Below, piece by piece: positions 17,633 to 26,978 of a DNA stretch of 64,000 nucleotides (position 1 is the stretch's first letter; each line of letters starts with the position of its first letter). The notes below the pieces were generated by a model. That model was not told where the DNA came from and made no database searches. It was given only the letters and a program-made list of their open reading frames with translations. Made by a program: the position numbers and the translations under genes. Source of the DNA: an uncultured Gammaproteobacteria bacterium (GTDB lineage Bacteria > Patescibacteriota > Patescibacteriia > VMEV01 > CAYQCH01); contig CAZDCG010000002.1 of NCBI GenBank assembly GCA_964503955.1, positions 269,047-333,046 on the forward strand, read 5' to 3'.

Positions 17633-18655
17633 TTATAGCGTAATTGCGCCTAAAAACAACTCCTGGGGTGTTTTCGGATGAATAAGGAGGGTGCGCGGAA
17701 CAAGGGTTCTTGGGAACGGGATGGTTTGCCATGACTGCCCCGCATTATCCGACTTATAAAGCACGGCCTGGTTTGCGTAGTAAATGATCGAAGGATTTTG
17801 CGGGTCCATGCCAAGAACGAGCGGAAGGAGTCTGGAATCATCCAGAAGAAGGTTCAATTTTGACCAGTTATTTCCCCCGTTCAACGAGCGGTAGAGACCG
17901 TCGCGCCCCAGTAAAAGCAGTTGGTCAGGATCATTCGCATGCGCGATCAGATCATTGAGCAATACCGTATTGCTGTAGACATAGGTCGAACTTTTTACAG
18001 GCATTTCAAGCGTTTTCCAGTTTCGTCCGTAATCTGAAGAGGAGTGGATCGAAAGCGTCGTCAGCGCGTAGATGATGGTCCCTGTCGGGATGAGCTTGAG
18101 CACAGGATGCTCGAATGTATAGACATTCTGCCAGGTGGTGCCGAAATTATCACTGCGAATGAGCGTTCCATTCGTCAGGGCGGCCATGATTGATCCCTCA
18201 TTGCGGCGGTCAAAAGCAATGTCGGAAATGGATGCGGTTGAAGGATTCGTATAAATCAGTTTCCAGCTCTCTCCCCCGTCGCTGGTTAAGAAAATCTGAT
18301 CATCGCGCGCGGCCACAACAGTCAAGTCATCCATGGATGAGATATCAATTGTTTGCACGCGTCCGGAGGTTGTGACAGGAAACCAGGTTACTCCGCGATC
18401 CTCGGTTTTAAAAATGCCTCGATCCTGCGTAGCGGCGAAAAGCAAGTCCGGATTTTCAAATGACTGTACCAGATCAAGAATATCGCTTGAAGCAAGCGTT
18501 CCGGCGCGGCCCTGAAAAGAAATAAGGCTCCTCTGTTCCCATGTCTGGCCGGCATCGGGTGAATACCAAATTCCTCCGGACGCGGGCGTAAAGCAGCTCA
18601 CTCCCAAGAGAGGCAGCAGCAAAATACTAAGCATTCTTACTCGGGCAACGTTCAT
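17633..18655 (-). CDS. Secreted BNR/Asp-box repeat beta-propeller protein (Ycf48-like / sialidase-like), probable lipoprotein
   Basis: Signal peptide ending LLGVSC; six SxDxGxxW repeats (SPDAGQTWE, SDGGESWK, SDNFGTTWQ, SDYGRNWK, LNGGNNWS, SDNAGQSWQ). Confidence 0.65.
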   Translation of the reverse strand: MNVARVRMLSILLLPLLGVSCFTPASGGIWYSPDAGQTWEQRSLISFQGRAGTLASSDILDLVQSFENPDLLFAATQDRGIFKTEDRGVTWFPVTTSGRVQTIDISSMDDLTVVAARDDQIFLTSDGGESWKLIYTNPSTASISDIAFDRRNEGSIMAALTNGTLIRSDNFGTTWQNVYTFEHPVLKLIPTGTIIYALTTLSIHSSSDYGRNWKTLEMPVKSSTYVYSNTVLLNDLIAHANDPDQLLLLGRDGLYRSLNGGNNWSKLNLLLDDSRLLPLVLGMDPQNPSIIYYANQAVLYKSDNAGQSWQTIPFPRTLVPRTLLIHPKTPQELFLGAITL

Positions 18656-19515
18656 AGGGAAATAGCAAAATGCTCTAAACGCGCGCGCAGATTCACATGA
18701 AAACCCAGATCGCGGCGGATTTCTTCGAGCAGATCAATGGATTGAACAAGTTTTTGATTCAGCATTATGTTCTTTTGTCCGGCCTGTTCAATCAGCTGAT
18801 CGCGTAAAAATTCTTGCCAATAAATGAGCCTGCGATCCCAGACAATGGATGCCTGCGCATGCGGCGTTTTCTTTTTGAAGTGTTCCGCGATGATATTGAT
18901 GCGATCGCCGGCAGACAGACCTAAAAAATCGCTGAATAGTTGCTTTTCCGTCTCACGCTCCTCATTGTCTGAATCTGCTGCCTGCTGGACAAGTTCAATG
19001 ACCTGGCAGCGGCTGATGATGGTCGGCAATAGTCTGGAAGGCCGGTGGCTTGTCAGAAAGAAAACCGCGGAAGCCGGCGGTTCCTCAAGCGTTTTCAGGA
19101 ATGCATTGGCCGCCCCCACGGACAATTCATGCGCGTCTTCAAGGAGAACAAATTTTTTCGTGCCAAGAGACGGTGAACGGTAGACATCTTTTAACATGTC
19201 GCGCATCTGTTCGATGGAAATAAGATGCTTTTCTTCCTCTCGAACAATGGATATCACATCAGGATGCGTGCCAAGTTCGTGTTGTCTGCATCCAACGCAT
19301 GAACCGCATGGTTTGTTTTGCTGTGTCTTAGAAGATGCAAACAGCGAGGCAGACGGTTGAGGATCGCAAATCCATGATCGGACGATTTGCCTGATAAGCG
19401 CCTCTTTCCCTGTTGATCGTGCGCCAAGAAATAAAAAAGCATGAGCGCCGATCCGGCCGGGATCGCGCTGAGTAAAAAGATTGAACAATGCTGAATGAAC
19501 CGATGATTCATTCAT
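18652..19515 (-). CDS. holB: DNA polymerase III delta-prime subunit-like AAA+ clamp-loader protein
   Basis: P-loop FLFLGARSTGKEAL, zinc module CGSCVGCRQHELGTHPDV, SRC-like TSHRPSRLLPTIISRCQ. Confidence 0.7.
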   Translation of the reverse strand: MNESSVHSALFNLFTQRDPGRIGAHAFLFLGARSTGKEALIRQIVRSWICDPQPSASLFASSKTQQNKPCGSCVGCRQHELGTHPDVISIVREEEKHLISIEQMRDMLKDVYRSPSLGTKKFVLLEDAHELSVGAANAFLKTLEEPPASAVFFLTSHRPSRLLPTIISRCQVIELVQQAADSDNEERETEKQLFSDFLGLSAGDRINIIAEHFKKKTPHAQASIVWDRRLIYWQEFLRDQLIEQAGQKNIMLNQKLVQSIDLLEEIRRDLGFHVNLRARLEHFAISL

Positions 19516-19517
19516 AG

Positions 19518-20543
19518 TTATTTCGTCGCCAAGACGCTTCTCTTGTACGAATCAAGGTTTTCAAGCGCGATGCCGGTTCCTTTGACCACGCAAAGCAAGG
19601 AATCATCCGCCACATAGGCCGGCACGCCGGTTGCTCGCGTGAACAGCTTGTCGATATTGCGCAAAAGACTGCTTCCTCCAGAAAAAATCATTCCTTTATC
19701 CATGACATCCGCGGAAAGCTCAGGGGGGGTTTTTTGCAAAACGTCCTTGGCGGCCTGGATAATCCCCTCAAGCTGAGGCTGGATTGCTTCCGTAATATCG
19801 TCTGAACTGATACGAATGGTTTTAGGCAGGCCGGTAATCATATCTCTTCCACGGACATCCGTGTAGAGCTTTTCATCAAGATACAAGGCGGAACCGATCT
19901 TTATTTTCACCTGCTCGGCTGTCTGCTCCCCAATCGCCAGGCCGTATTTTTTTCTGATAAATTCAGCAACGGCTTGATCCAGACGATTCCCCCCGATGCG
20001 TACGGAGGTTGAAGCCACAATGCCGCCAAGGGAGATAACCGCGACTTCTGCCGTTCCGCCCCCGATATCAACAATCATATGGCCCGAAGCGCCTCCAATC
20101 GGGATATTGGCTCCGATCGCGGCAGCGACAGGCTCTTTGATGATATAGGCGGCCTTTGCTCCTGCGGCAATAGTGGCATCAATAACCGCGCGCCGTTCCG
20201 TTGACGTAATACCCGCAGGCACGGCCACCATCACCTCAGGCCGGAAAACACGAAGACCTCCAAGAGCCTTATTGATGAAATATCGAAGCATGGCTTCCGT
20301 GGTTTTATAGTCGGCAATCACGCCGTCTTTAAGCGGGCGCGACGCGACAATGGTTTCAGGCGTTCGGCCAAGCATTTCCTTTGCTTCAGCTCCCACGGCC
20401 AGCACTTTCTTATCCAGCGTGGAAATGGCCACTACGGAAGGCTCATTGATAACAATGCCTCGCTTTGGGATATAGACGAGGACATTGGTGGTACCAAGAT
20501 CAATGCCGATTTTTTTGATGAATAGCGACATATCAGTCCGCAA
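19518..20543 (-). CDS. Actin-like MreB paralog (copy 2; Mbl/MreBH-like)
   Basis: IGIDLGTTNVLVYIPKRGIVINEPSVVA...MIVDIGGGTAEVAVISLGG. A full-length MreB, roughly half identical to copy 1 by eye. Confidence 0.85.
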   Translation of the reverse strand: MRTDMSLFIKKIGIDLGTTNVLVYIPKRGIVINEPSVVAISTLDKKVLAVGAEAKEMLGRTPETIVASRPLKDGVIADYKTTEAMLRYFINKALGGLRVFRPEVMVAVPAGITSTERRAVIDATIAAGAKAAYIIKEPVAAAIGANIPIGGASGHMIVDIGGGTAEVAVISLGGIVASTSVRIGGNRLDQAVAEFIRKKYGLAIGEQTAEQVKIKIGSALYLDEKLYTDVRGRDMITGLPKTIRISSDDITEAIQPQLEGIIQAAKDVLQKTPPELSADVMDKGMIFSGGSSLLRNIDKLFTRATGVPAYVADDSLLCVVKGTGIALENLDSYKRSVLATK

Positions 20544-22401
20544 ATCTTATCACATAATCTCTGTCTTGATCGAGTTCGTCAATAATCCGTATACCAGTCT
20601 GATTTTCCGTTGAATAGTCAAGATCTGAAGGCGCAATCGAAATGAGGCGCTTTCCCTGATTTAACGAAATGCGGTACTGATGCGGCTGGGTTCCCGGCTG
20701 TTTTTTCACCGTGAGCGCGTAACGGTGTTCCGTCTTAATCCGATCCTGCAGCCATGGTGGCAGCAGATACGTCAGTTCGGCATAACGCTCCTGCCCAGGC
20801 TCTACGGAAACAAATCCGGCAAAGACGGTTTTATCAAATTCAGCATAAACTTGAGGAGCGACATAGGAGAAAGACTTATCCTGATCCACAAATCCGGTTG
20901 ATTGGATTAATTCGCTTCCTATCGGTACATAGACGCGGACATAGGTACGGTAGCGTGTTGTTCTATAATCAAAGAATCCATTATTTTTGTAGGTCAGACG
21001 CAGCGTTGCTTCGTATTGGCCGTCTTGGCGCTCGCGCACCTGATAGGTTCTTAGACGGTCAACCAAACGGTCGGTTTTTAATGCTCCGATATTCGCATCC
21101 ACGACATAGAGGAAGTCCGTTTCCGATTGCGGAATAGAACCATCCCATTTGTGATCTGTGATGAATGCATTCAAGCCGCTGTCTTTGCTATACAGAAGGA
21201 TTTCACGGCGCGAGAGCGATTGCAAAAAAGCATTGACCACGGCCTGAGCCCCTGCTTCATCAAGATTGAGCACATGATCCTTCAGCACCAAAGAAAGATC
21301 GTTGATGATGGATTTTCGATCCTCCTCGCTGATGCCGATGCGCCAGAACTCCTGTTCAACCCGGTATTGAATCGCGTCAATAAGATTTTCCGGCGTAAAG
21401 GTGATCCCTCCAACAGTCAACGGGCCGGTAATTTCTAATAGTCGCTGGACGATATAAGGCGTTATTGCAATAACCGTATCGATGGAATCATCTCCGGTTG
21501 CCTCCTTATACATGCGTAAAATCTGCTCAGCCGAGCTCGGAAAATCCGGCGACCAGTTCGCATCGCGCAGATACAGCCATTGAACATTCGCGTATCGCTG
21601 AAGAGGCAACGGTGCGGGGATCGTTTCTTTTCCAAGCAATTGGCCATCGACACGGTAAACATCATCGGTGTAGAAGGTGGTAATCTGTCCTTTATCAAAG
21701 CTGATTCGGCCAATGGTTCCAATAAAACCGCCCGTAGGCCGCAGTTCATGCGGATTCTGCAGAAGAACAAGAATATCATGAGGCTGGCCGCTTCCCAGGA
21801 CAAACGGAATCTGTTCAAGATAAGGCTTTATCGCCAGGAATTGATCAGCAAGCTGTTGCAGGCGTGATATAAGTTCGATCAAATCCGATTGAAGGTGTTC
21901 CGGAGCAAGCTGGAGATGAAGGTTTTCAGCCTGTGAAGTGGCATTGACAAGATGGTCTCCAGCCGCAAGCACATCATCATACACATCAAGCAAAAGAGCC
22001 GGAGCGCTGCGAAAATCAAGCGTGTCAAACGAAATCGTGCGAGATAGATTATTTTTCGACAATTCAAAAACCACGGTATTGATTGAGGCAGCAAGAGTTG
22101 TCCCCGCCTTAAGACCTTCTCTATACACCCCGTAATCTGCCCGTACCACCGGTATACCCGCCATCCAGAACGATGGTTTGCGCAGGCGCTCTGCCCGGTC
22201 AAGGGAAGCTTGCAGATCGGCTAAATCCCGCAAGGCGCCGTTGATATCTGACGAGGATAAATCCGCGACAACAGATTCCGCGAGATGCTTGGCTTGAATC
22301 GCGGTGCGGAAACTGAGCGCGAGCAGAACCAAGCTGGCAGTAAGATAAACCGCCAGGATCATAATTGCTGCCATCAATAATGATTTCTTCGCAGATGTCA
22401 T
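20533..22401 (-). CDS. Large membrane-anchored extracytoplasmic protein of unknown function (possibly DUF4012-like) heading a surface-polysaccharide locus
   Basis: A 622-aa frame with N-terminal TM (LLMAAIMILAVYLTASLVLLAL) and no recognisable catalytic motif. It overlaps the downstream GT2 gene and upstream mreB2. The DUF4012 assignment is recollection only. Confidence 0.4.
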   Translation of the reverse strand: MTSAKKSLLMAAIMILAVYLTASLVLLALSFRTAIQAKHLAESVVADLSSSDINGALRDLADLQASLDRAERLRKPSFWMAGIPVVRADYGVYREGLKAGTTLAASINTVVFELSKNNLSRTISFDTLDFRSAPALLLDVYDDVLAAGDHLVNATSQAENLHLQLAPEHLQSDLIELISRLQQLADQFLAIKPYLEQIPFVLGSGQPHDILVLLQNPHELRPTGGFIGTIGRISFDKGQITTFYTDDVYRVDGQLLGKETIPAPLPLQRYANVQWLYLRDANWSPDFPSSAEQILRMYKEATGDDSIDTVIAITPYIVQRLLEITGPLTVGGITFTPENLIDAIQYRVEQEFWRIGISEEDRKSIINDLSLVLKDHVLNLDEAGAQAVVNAFLQSLSRREILLYSKDSGLNAFITDHKWDGSIPQSETDFLYVVDANIGALKTDRLVDRLRTYQVRERQDGQYEATLRLTYKNNGFFDYRTTRYRTYVRVYVPIGSELIQSTGFVDQDKSFSYVAPQVYAEFDKTVFAGFVSVEPGQERYAELTYLLPPWLQDRIKTEHRYALTVKKQPGTQPHQYRISLNQGKRLISIAPSDLDYSTENQTGIRIIDELDQDRDYVIRFAD

Positions 22402-23216
22402 GACTGTTGCGCTTTAACCGCTCGCCTGTATTTCAGGAGATAACGGAACCAATCTTTGATATGAATGCGGGTCGCTTTCTGTGTGAGGCTCTTCATGCCG
22501 GACTTATGAGCCGATTCTCTATTATAGTAGTGAATTGCGCGCGCGTCAGCATAGTAAAAGACCTGCCAGCCATGCTCCCAGCAGCGGCGGCACCAATCGA
22601 CATCGGTGAAGTACAGAAAAAACCGTTCATCAAGCAGCCCGATTTTATCAAGCGTTTCTCTACGCGCGACAAGACAGGAGCCTTGCACCCAATCGACGGG
22701 GCGGCTTGTTTCGCGGTTCCAATCCTCCATGAGGAAATGCGATACATGAGAACGCACAAAGGAAAGGACATTGAGCAGCTGGCTGCGTTGGTACAAGGGA
22801 GTCAAAAGTGAATGAAAACGCCATGCTCCCGCCTGGATCGTGCCGTTTGGATAACGCAGCTGAACCGTGCTCATGCCAATCTCCGGTTTTTGATCAAGAA
22901 ATGAGATCCATTGATCAAAGATCGGTTCAAGAAAGACCACATCGGGATTCAAGATCATAACGTATCTCCCCCGCGCTTCCCGCAACCCCGCATTGTTTCC
23001 TGCGGCATGTCCCAGATTCGCGCCTGTTTGAATAAAACGCACCTGCGGAAAGTGAGACGTGACGATTTCCTCGCACCGGTCCTGCGATCCGTTATCCACG
23101 ACAATAACCTCGATGTTAAGGTTTGTTTGATGATCAAAAATACTCTTAAGGCAGTTTTTCACCAGCCCGTCCATTTTGTAACTGAGGATGACAATGGAGA
23201 GATCCGGTCTAGACAT
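22398..23216 (-). CDS. Family-2 glycosyltransferase
   Basis: LSIVILSYKMDGLVKNCLKSI...IEVIVVDNGSQD is the GT-A N-terminal signature with DxD. Confidence 0.75.
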   Translation of the reverse strand: MSRPDLSIVILSYKMDGLVKNCLKSIFDHQTNLNIEVIVVDNGSQDRCEEIVTSHFPQVRFIQTGANLGHAAGNNAGLREARGRYVMILNPDVVFLEPIFDQWISFLDQKPEIGMSTVQLRYPNGTIQAGAWRFHSLLTPLYQRSQLLNVLSFVRSHVSHFLMEDWNRETSRPVDWVQGSCLVARRETLDKIGLLDERFFLYFTDVDWCRRCWEHGWQVFYYADARAIHYYNRESAHKSGMKSLTQKATRIHIKDWFRYLLKYRRAVKAQQS

Positions 23217-24177
23217 ATCGGCGTTTGATCATGACAGGCAATGCTTTCAGCGTTTGCGGCAGAATGGATAATGTATCGCGTTCGAACAGAGCGAGGTAAA
23301 AGAGTTTTATCAATTCATATGGAAAGACGAGCGGTAGTGCGACCAGCGGCACCTGTTTGAAAAGAAAGAAGAGATGATTACGATACGAATTTAATGAAAT
23401 ATACTGCGCCCGTTGCTTGCGATGCGCACGCATGGTCGCGAGGTTCGCTTCCGCACGGCCTGTTCTGCGATGATAGGCAATCGCTCCAGCTTCAAACCAG
23501 GCTGAATACCCGCGTGATTGAAGTCTTCCGGCTAAATCAACGTCTTCTTTGTACATGAAAAAATGCTCGTCAAAATATTCCGGATACGATCGGTCTGTTC
23601 TTGGATGGGCGATGTTCTCAAGCGCTGCTTTTTTATAGAGGGCGCAAGCGCCGCTAATCCCCCAAACGGGGCCGGAATGCAGATTGCATTCAGACAGCGG
23701 CTTGCCGGCATATTGGTCGATGACTTTGTAGTACGGAAGCTTTATCATGCCGGCTGAATCGATTTCAGGATTTTCGTTTTTTGAGCGAAGCAGCAATGGG
23801 CCAATAGAGGCAACTGAACCGTCCGCTGTACGCGACATGAGTTTTTCAAGCATATCCGCTTCAAGCACGGCATCTTGATTCAGCACCAGCACCCAAGATG
23901 ATTTTGCTGCGTGAATAGCTTTATTGTGCGCTCGGCCAAACCCTTCATTGCCGGTATTTTTGATAAGAGAAACGGACGGAAATCCTTCCTCAATTATGGC
24001 AATGGTATGATCGGCCGACGCATTGTCAACGATGATAATTTCATCCGGTTGCCGTGTTTGCGCGTACAATGAATCAAGACATGGCTTGATATCATGCTCG
24101 GCATTATAGGTGACGATGGTGACAGCAACAGTCGGCTTCATATCATTTGCGTACTTTTTCCGTAACCCAAAATCCAA
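23209..24177 (-). CDS. Family-2 glycosyltransferase
   Basis: VAVTIVTYNAEHDIKPCLDSL...EIIIVDNASAD, GT-A fold. Confidence 0.75.
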   Translation of the reverse strand: MDFGLRKKYANDMKPTVAVTIVTYNAEHDIKPCLDSLYAQTRQPDEIIIVDNASADHTIAIIEEGFPSVSLIKNTGNEGFGRAHNKAIHAAKSSWVLVLNQDAVLEADMLEKLMSRTADGSVASIGPLLLRSKNENPEIDSAGMIKLPYYKVIDQYAGKPLSECNLHSGPVWGISGACALYKKAALENIAHPRTDRSYPEYFDEHFFMYKEDVDLAGRLQSRGYSAWFEAGAIAYHRRTGRAEANLATMRAHRKQRAQYISLNSYRNHLFFLFKQVPLVALPLVFPYELIKLFYLALFERDTLSILPQTLKALPVMIKRRYV

Positions 24178-25672
24178 GATAATTCCCCGTCATCAAACGG
24201 GTTTGAGCGGCAGTAGCAGGAAATGCCCCCCAGATAATCAAGGTAATCGGCAGAGCGGCCCATTGGACAATCATCCAAAGATGTTTGATGCGCGAATGAT
24301 GGCTCGGGCGAGGAGGAAGCAGGAGCAGACTGAAAAATCCGCTTACAAAAATACCGACCATGCTCAACCCCAGCAGGTTTTCAAGAATAAAAGGACTTGC
24401 CTGCGCAAGCGCGGTTTGCTGAACCTGGGCTGGAGCCACCCAGAAAGGGAGATATCCAAGAATGGCAAGAACGATAGGTACGGTCGCCCATGAATACATA
24501 CCTTCCGTGAGATTCCAGAGATACTTGATTTTCTTTTGAAACGGAATCCCATGATCCCGCTTAAAGAAGTGCCAGACCATATATGGAAAATGTTCCGTTC
24601 CATAGGCCCATCGCCGCTGCTGCTTGTACAGGTTTTGAAAAGCGCGGGTATAGGTTTTCGCCTGTACCGTATCCATGGAAATCGGTACATACATTGGCGT
24701 TACCGTAAAATCTCCGCTATAGCGTATAAAACACTGCAGGAAAATGCGGGAATCATCGGTGACGATATCACGCTGCCAGAATCCCGCGTCAACCAGGGCT
24801 TGCATGCTCATGGCATGAGAGGAAAAAGTAAAAAGGCGGTCCGGACGGGCAAGATCGGTCATCAGCCAAAAGGTGGTGCCAAAAGCAGCAACACGCGTGA
24901 AAAAAGGCGCATCCCAGATATTATTATTGTACAAAACCACCGGTTGATACGCCGTTCTTGTCGGATTTGGATGCGTGAGAAACTTGTATGCCAGCGCGCT
25001 GAAATACTGTTCATGAACGACTGTGTCAACGTCGAAATACGAGACAATGACCTTGTCATAAGCAATGCCGCGCTCGTCCAGCAAATCCTTGGCGATATGC
25101 CCGGCCCAATGCGCATTTGCCCCCTTCCCTTTCATTTCTCCGGCAATGCCGTCGGGATGCTCCGTGATCTCAATATGCAAAAAGTCGTTCTTGTACTTCT
25201 CGTAAATGCGCCGCGGAACATCTTTTGTTTCCTGCGAAGCGCGTTCCTCTTTGCTGATCACAATGATCATTTTTGACTTGTCGTACTTTGCGCTTTTATA
25301 GGATTGAATGGATGAATCAAGCACTTCAAACGGCTCCTCATATGTTGGCAGAATGATCAGGTGGTATAACTCGTCCGCTCCTGCCATTTGAGGAACGATC
25401 TTGCTCCAGTCTTGCGCGGAATCCTGGCGATAGCGTCTCCAGCCAACGAAAATAAAGAGGACGAAGTACAAAACACGCAGGAGCCAGAGCAGCGCAAAGA
25501 CAAGGATAAATGAAATAACCCAAAGCGGCTTGATAAAACTAAGCACGATTGTGCCAAGAAACGTGCTCCAGATAAGCATTCCAGGAATCATTTCCAGGAG
25601 TCTATATTGTCGTATCGGATCGATGAGCATGTTAAAACCCGCTAGAAAGCTGATAAAGCCCCGCGATGACAA
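24143..25672 (-). CDS. Processive membrane-embedded GT2 polysaccharide synthase (cellulose/chitin/PNAG-synthase-like)
   Basis: LIILPTYEEP (PTYNE-like motif), DVD (DxD), QQRRWAYG (QxxRW processivity motif). TM helices lie at both termini. Confidence 0.7.
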   Translation of the reverse strand: MSSRGFISFLAGFNMLIDPIRQYRLLEMIPGMLIWSTFLGTIVLSFIKPLWVISFILVFALLWLLRVLYFVLFIFVGWRRYRQDSAQDWSKIVPQMAGADELYHLIILPTYEEPFEVLDSSIQSYKSAKYDKSKMIIVISKEERASQETKDVPRRIYEKYKNDFLHIEITEHPDGIAGEMKGKGANAHWAGHIAKDLLDERGIAYDKVIVSYFDVDTVVHEQYFSALAYKFLTHPNPTRTAYQPVVLYNNNIWDAPFFTRVAAFGTTFWLMTDLARPDRLFTFSSHAMSMQALVDAGFWQRDIVTDDSRIFLQCFIRYSGDFTVTPMYVPISMDTVQAKTYTRAFQNLYKQQRRWAYGTEHFPYMVWHFFKRDHGIPFQKKIKYLWNLTEGMYSWATVPIVLAILGYLPFWVAPAQVQQTALAQASPFILENLLGLSMVGIFVSGFFSLLLLPPRPSHHSRIKHLWMIVQWAALPITLIIWGAFPATAAQTRLMTGNYLGFWVTEKVRK

Positions 25673-26046
25673 GCGTGACGAGGGTAATGAACTGGCACAG
25701 AAGCGTGACGAGAATAATGAGCAGTCTGCGCTTCCTTGCCAGCAAAATGGGCAGAAAGATGCCCATTAAGAAGGTGGAAATGAGAGATAAAGGGATTCCA
25801 ACGCGCCAGAGCGACGTTTCAAATTGCAGAAGGCCCTGGTTATACGGCGATCCAAAGATCTTATTGATCAAATAGACAATCAGAAAACCTGCAAGAACTG
25901 AGAGGACATAACTGAAAACAACCGGCCAAAATACGGGAGATTTGACTGGCTGTACGCGTCTGGCGGTGTCTACGACACGCTCAACGACGGGAGGTTGTTC
26001 TATTGCGGGTAAATCAAGCTGAGGTTGTTCCTGTGTTCTCATCATA
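25632..26046 (-). CDS. Small polytopic membrane protein, hypothetical (3 TM)
   Basis: Start taken at the MMRTQEQ internal Met to avoid overlapping the synthase. Hydrophobic helices VFWPVVFSYVLSVLAGFLIVYLI, IPLSLISTFLMGIFLPILLA, LIILVTLLCQFITLVTLVIAGL. Confidence 0.4.
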
Positions 26047-26222
26047 GAATCAGCCTTATTTGGGCCGATGACCAAAGAATACCATAGCGGAGACATTAAA
26101 TCAAGCCAGATTTATTAGTCTTTTGTCAAATAGTATTTGGCTCGCTGATTGAATAAGCCCCCGCCGGGAAGGGGCCGAAATCGGCCATACCTCATCGATT
26201 CCGGCGAGGGCAAGAGTGAGAT

Positions 26223-26870
26223 CTACTCAATGATGATATCAAGAATCTTTATGTCTTCAAGCGGGTGGTCATTCGCATTGGTTTCAACGGCTGAGATGCG
26301 GTCAACAACGTCCATGCCTTCAACGATTTCGCCAAAGACCGCGTGCTTGCCGTCAAGCCATGGAGTTGCTTCCGCGGTAATGATAAAGAACTGGCTGCCA
26401 TTTGTATTTGGCCCGGCATTCGCCATAGAAATCATTCCGCGGACATTTTTGTGTCCGTTGAATTCATCGTCGAATTTGTAGCCTGGATCGCCCATACCAT
26501 GCAAATGCCATTCATCGGGATTGGTTCGGGTATTTGGATCCCCACCCTGAATCATGAAATCCGGGATCACGCGGTGAAAGAGAATGCCGTCGTAAAAATC
26601 TTCATTGGCCAGCTTCACGAAATTCGCCACGGTATTTGGGGTTGCTTCTTCAAAAAGCTGGATGCGGATATCCCCCATATTGGTTTTCATGACGGCGACA
26701 GGTCCTGCTTTGCTGGTTGATTTTACGGTTGTCTCTTCATTCATAGAAGTTGGCGGCGGCGTGACCTGCGATGTCTCACCGGCAGAATCGTAATAATAAG
26801 AATTGGAAGTCTGATTGCATGATGCGCCTGCGAAAACAAGCAGAGCAAGCATTGGGAACAAATATTTCAT
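26223..26870 (-). CDS. Cyclophilin-type peptidyl-prolyl cis-trans isomerase, secreted/lipoprotein
   Basis: Signal peptide with LLVFAGASC; cyclophilin core FHRVIPDFMIQGGDP...GMISMANAGPNTNGSQFFI. Confidence 0.85.
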   Translation of the reverse strand: MKYLFPMLALLVFAGASCNQTSNSYYYDSAGETSQVTPPPTSMNEETTVKSTSKAGPVAVMKTNMGDIRIQLFEEATPNTVANFVKLANEDFYDGILFHRVIPDFMIQGGDPNTRTNPDEWHLHGMGDPGYKFDDEFNGHKNVRGMISMANAGPNTNGSQFFIITAEATPWLDGKHAVFGEIVEGMDVVDRISAVETNANDHPLEDIKILDIIIE

Positions 26871-26978
26871 ACTCTGTTAACGGGTTAATGTGTTAGCGGG
26901 TTAACGAGTTGATTCTCCTTTCCCGCCGGGACAAAGCCCACGGCGCGCAAGGAATACACTATAACCTACATCTCTAAC

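Noticed and set aside
26101-26222. Two adjacent GC hairpins (ggccgaaatcggcc; gcccc...ggggc) downstream of the cyclophilin gene as a terminator
   Set aside because: No convincing U-tract follows on the minus strand (TTATTCAAT only), so it is left uncalled.
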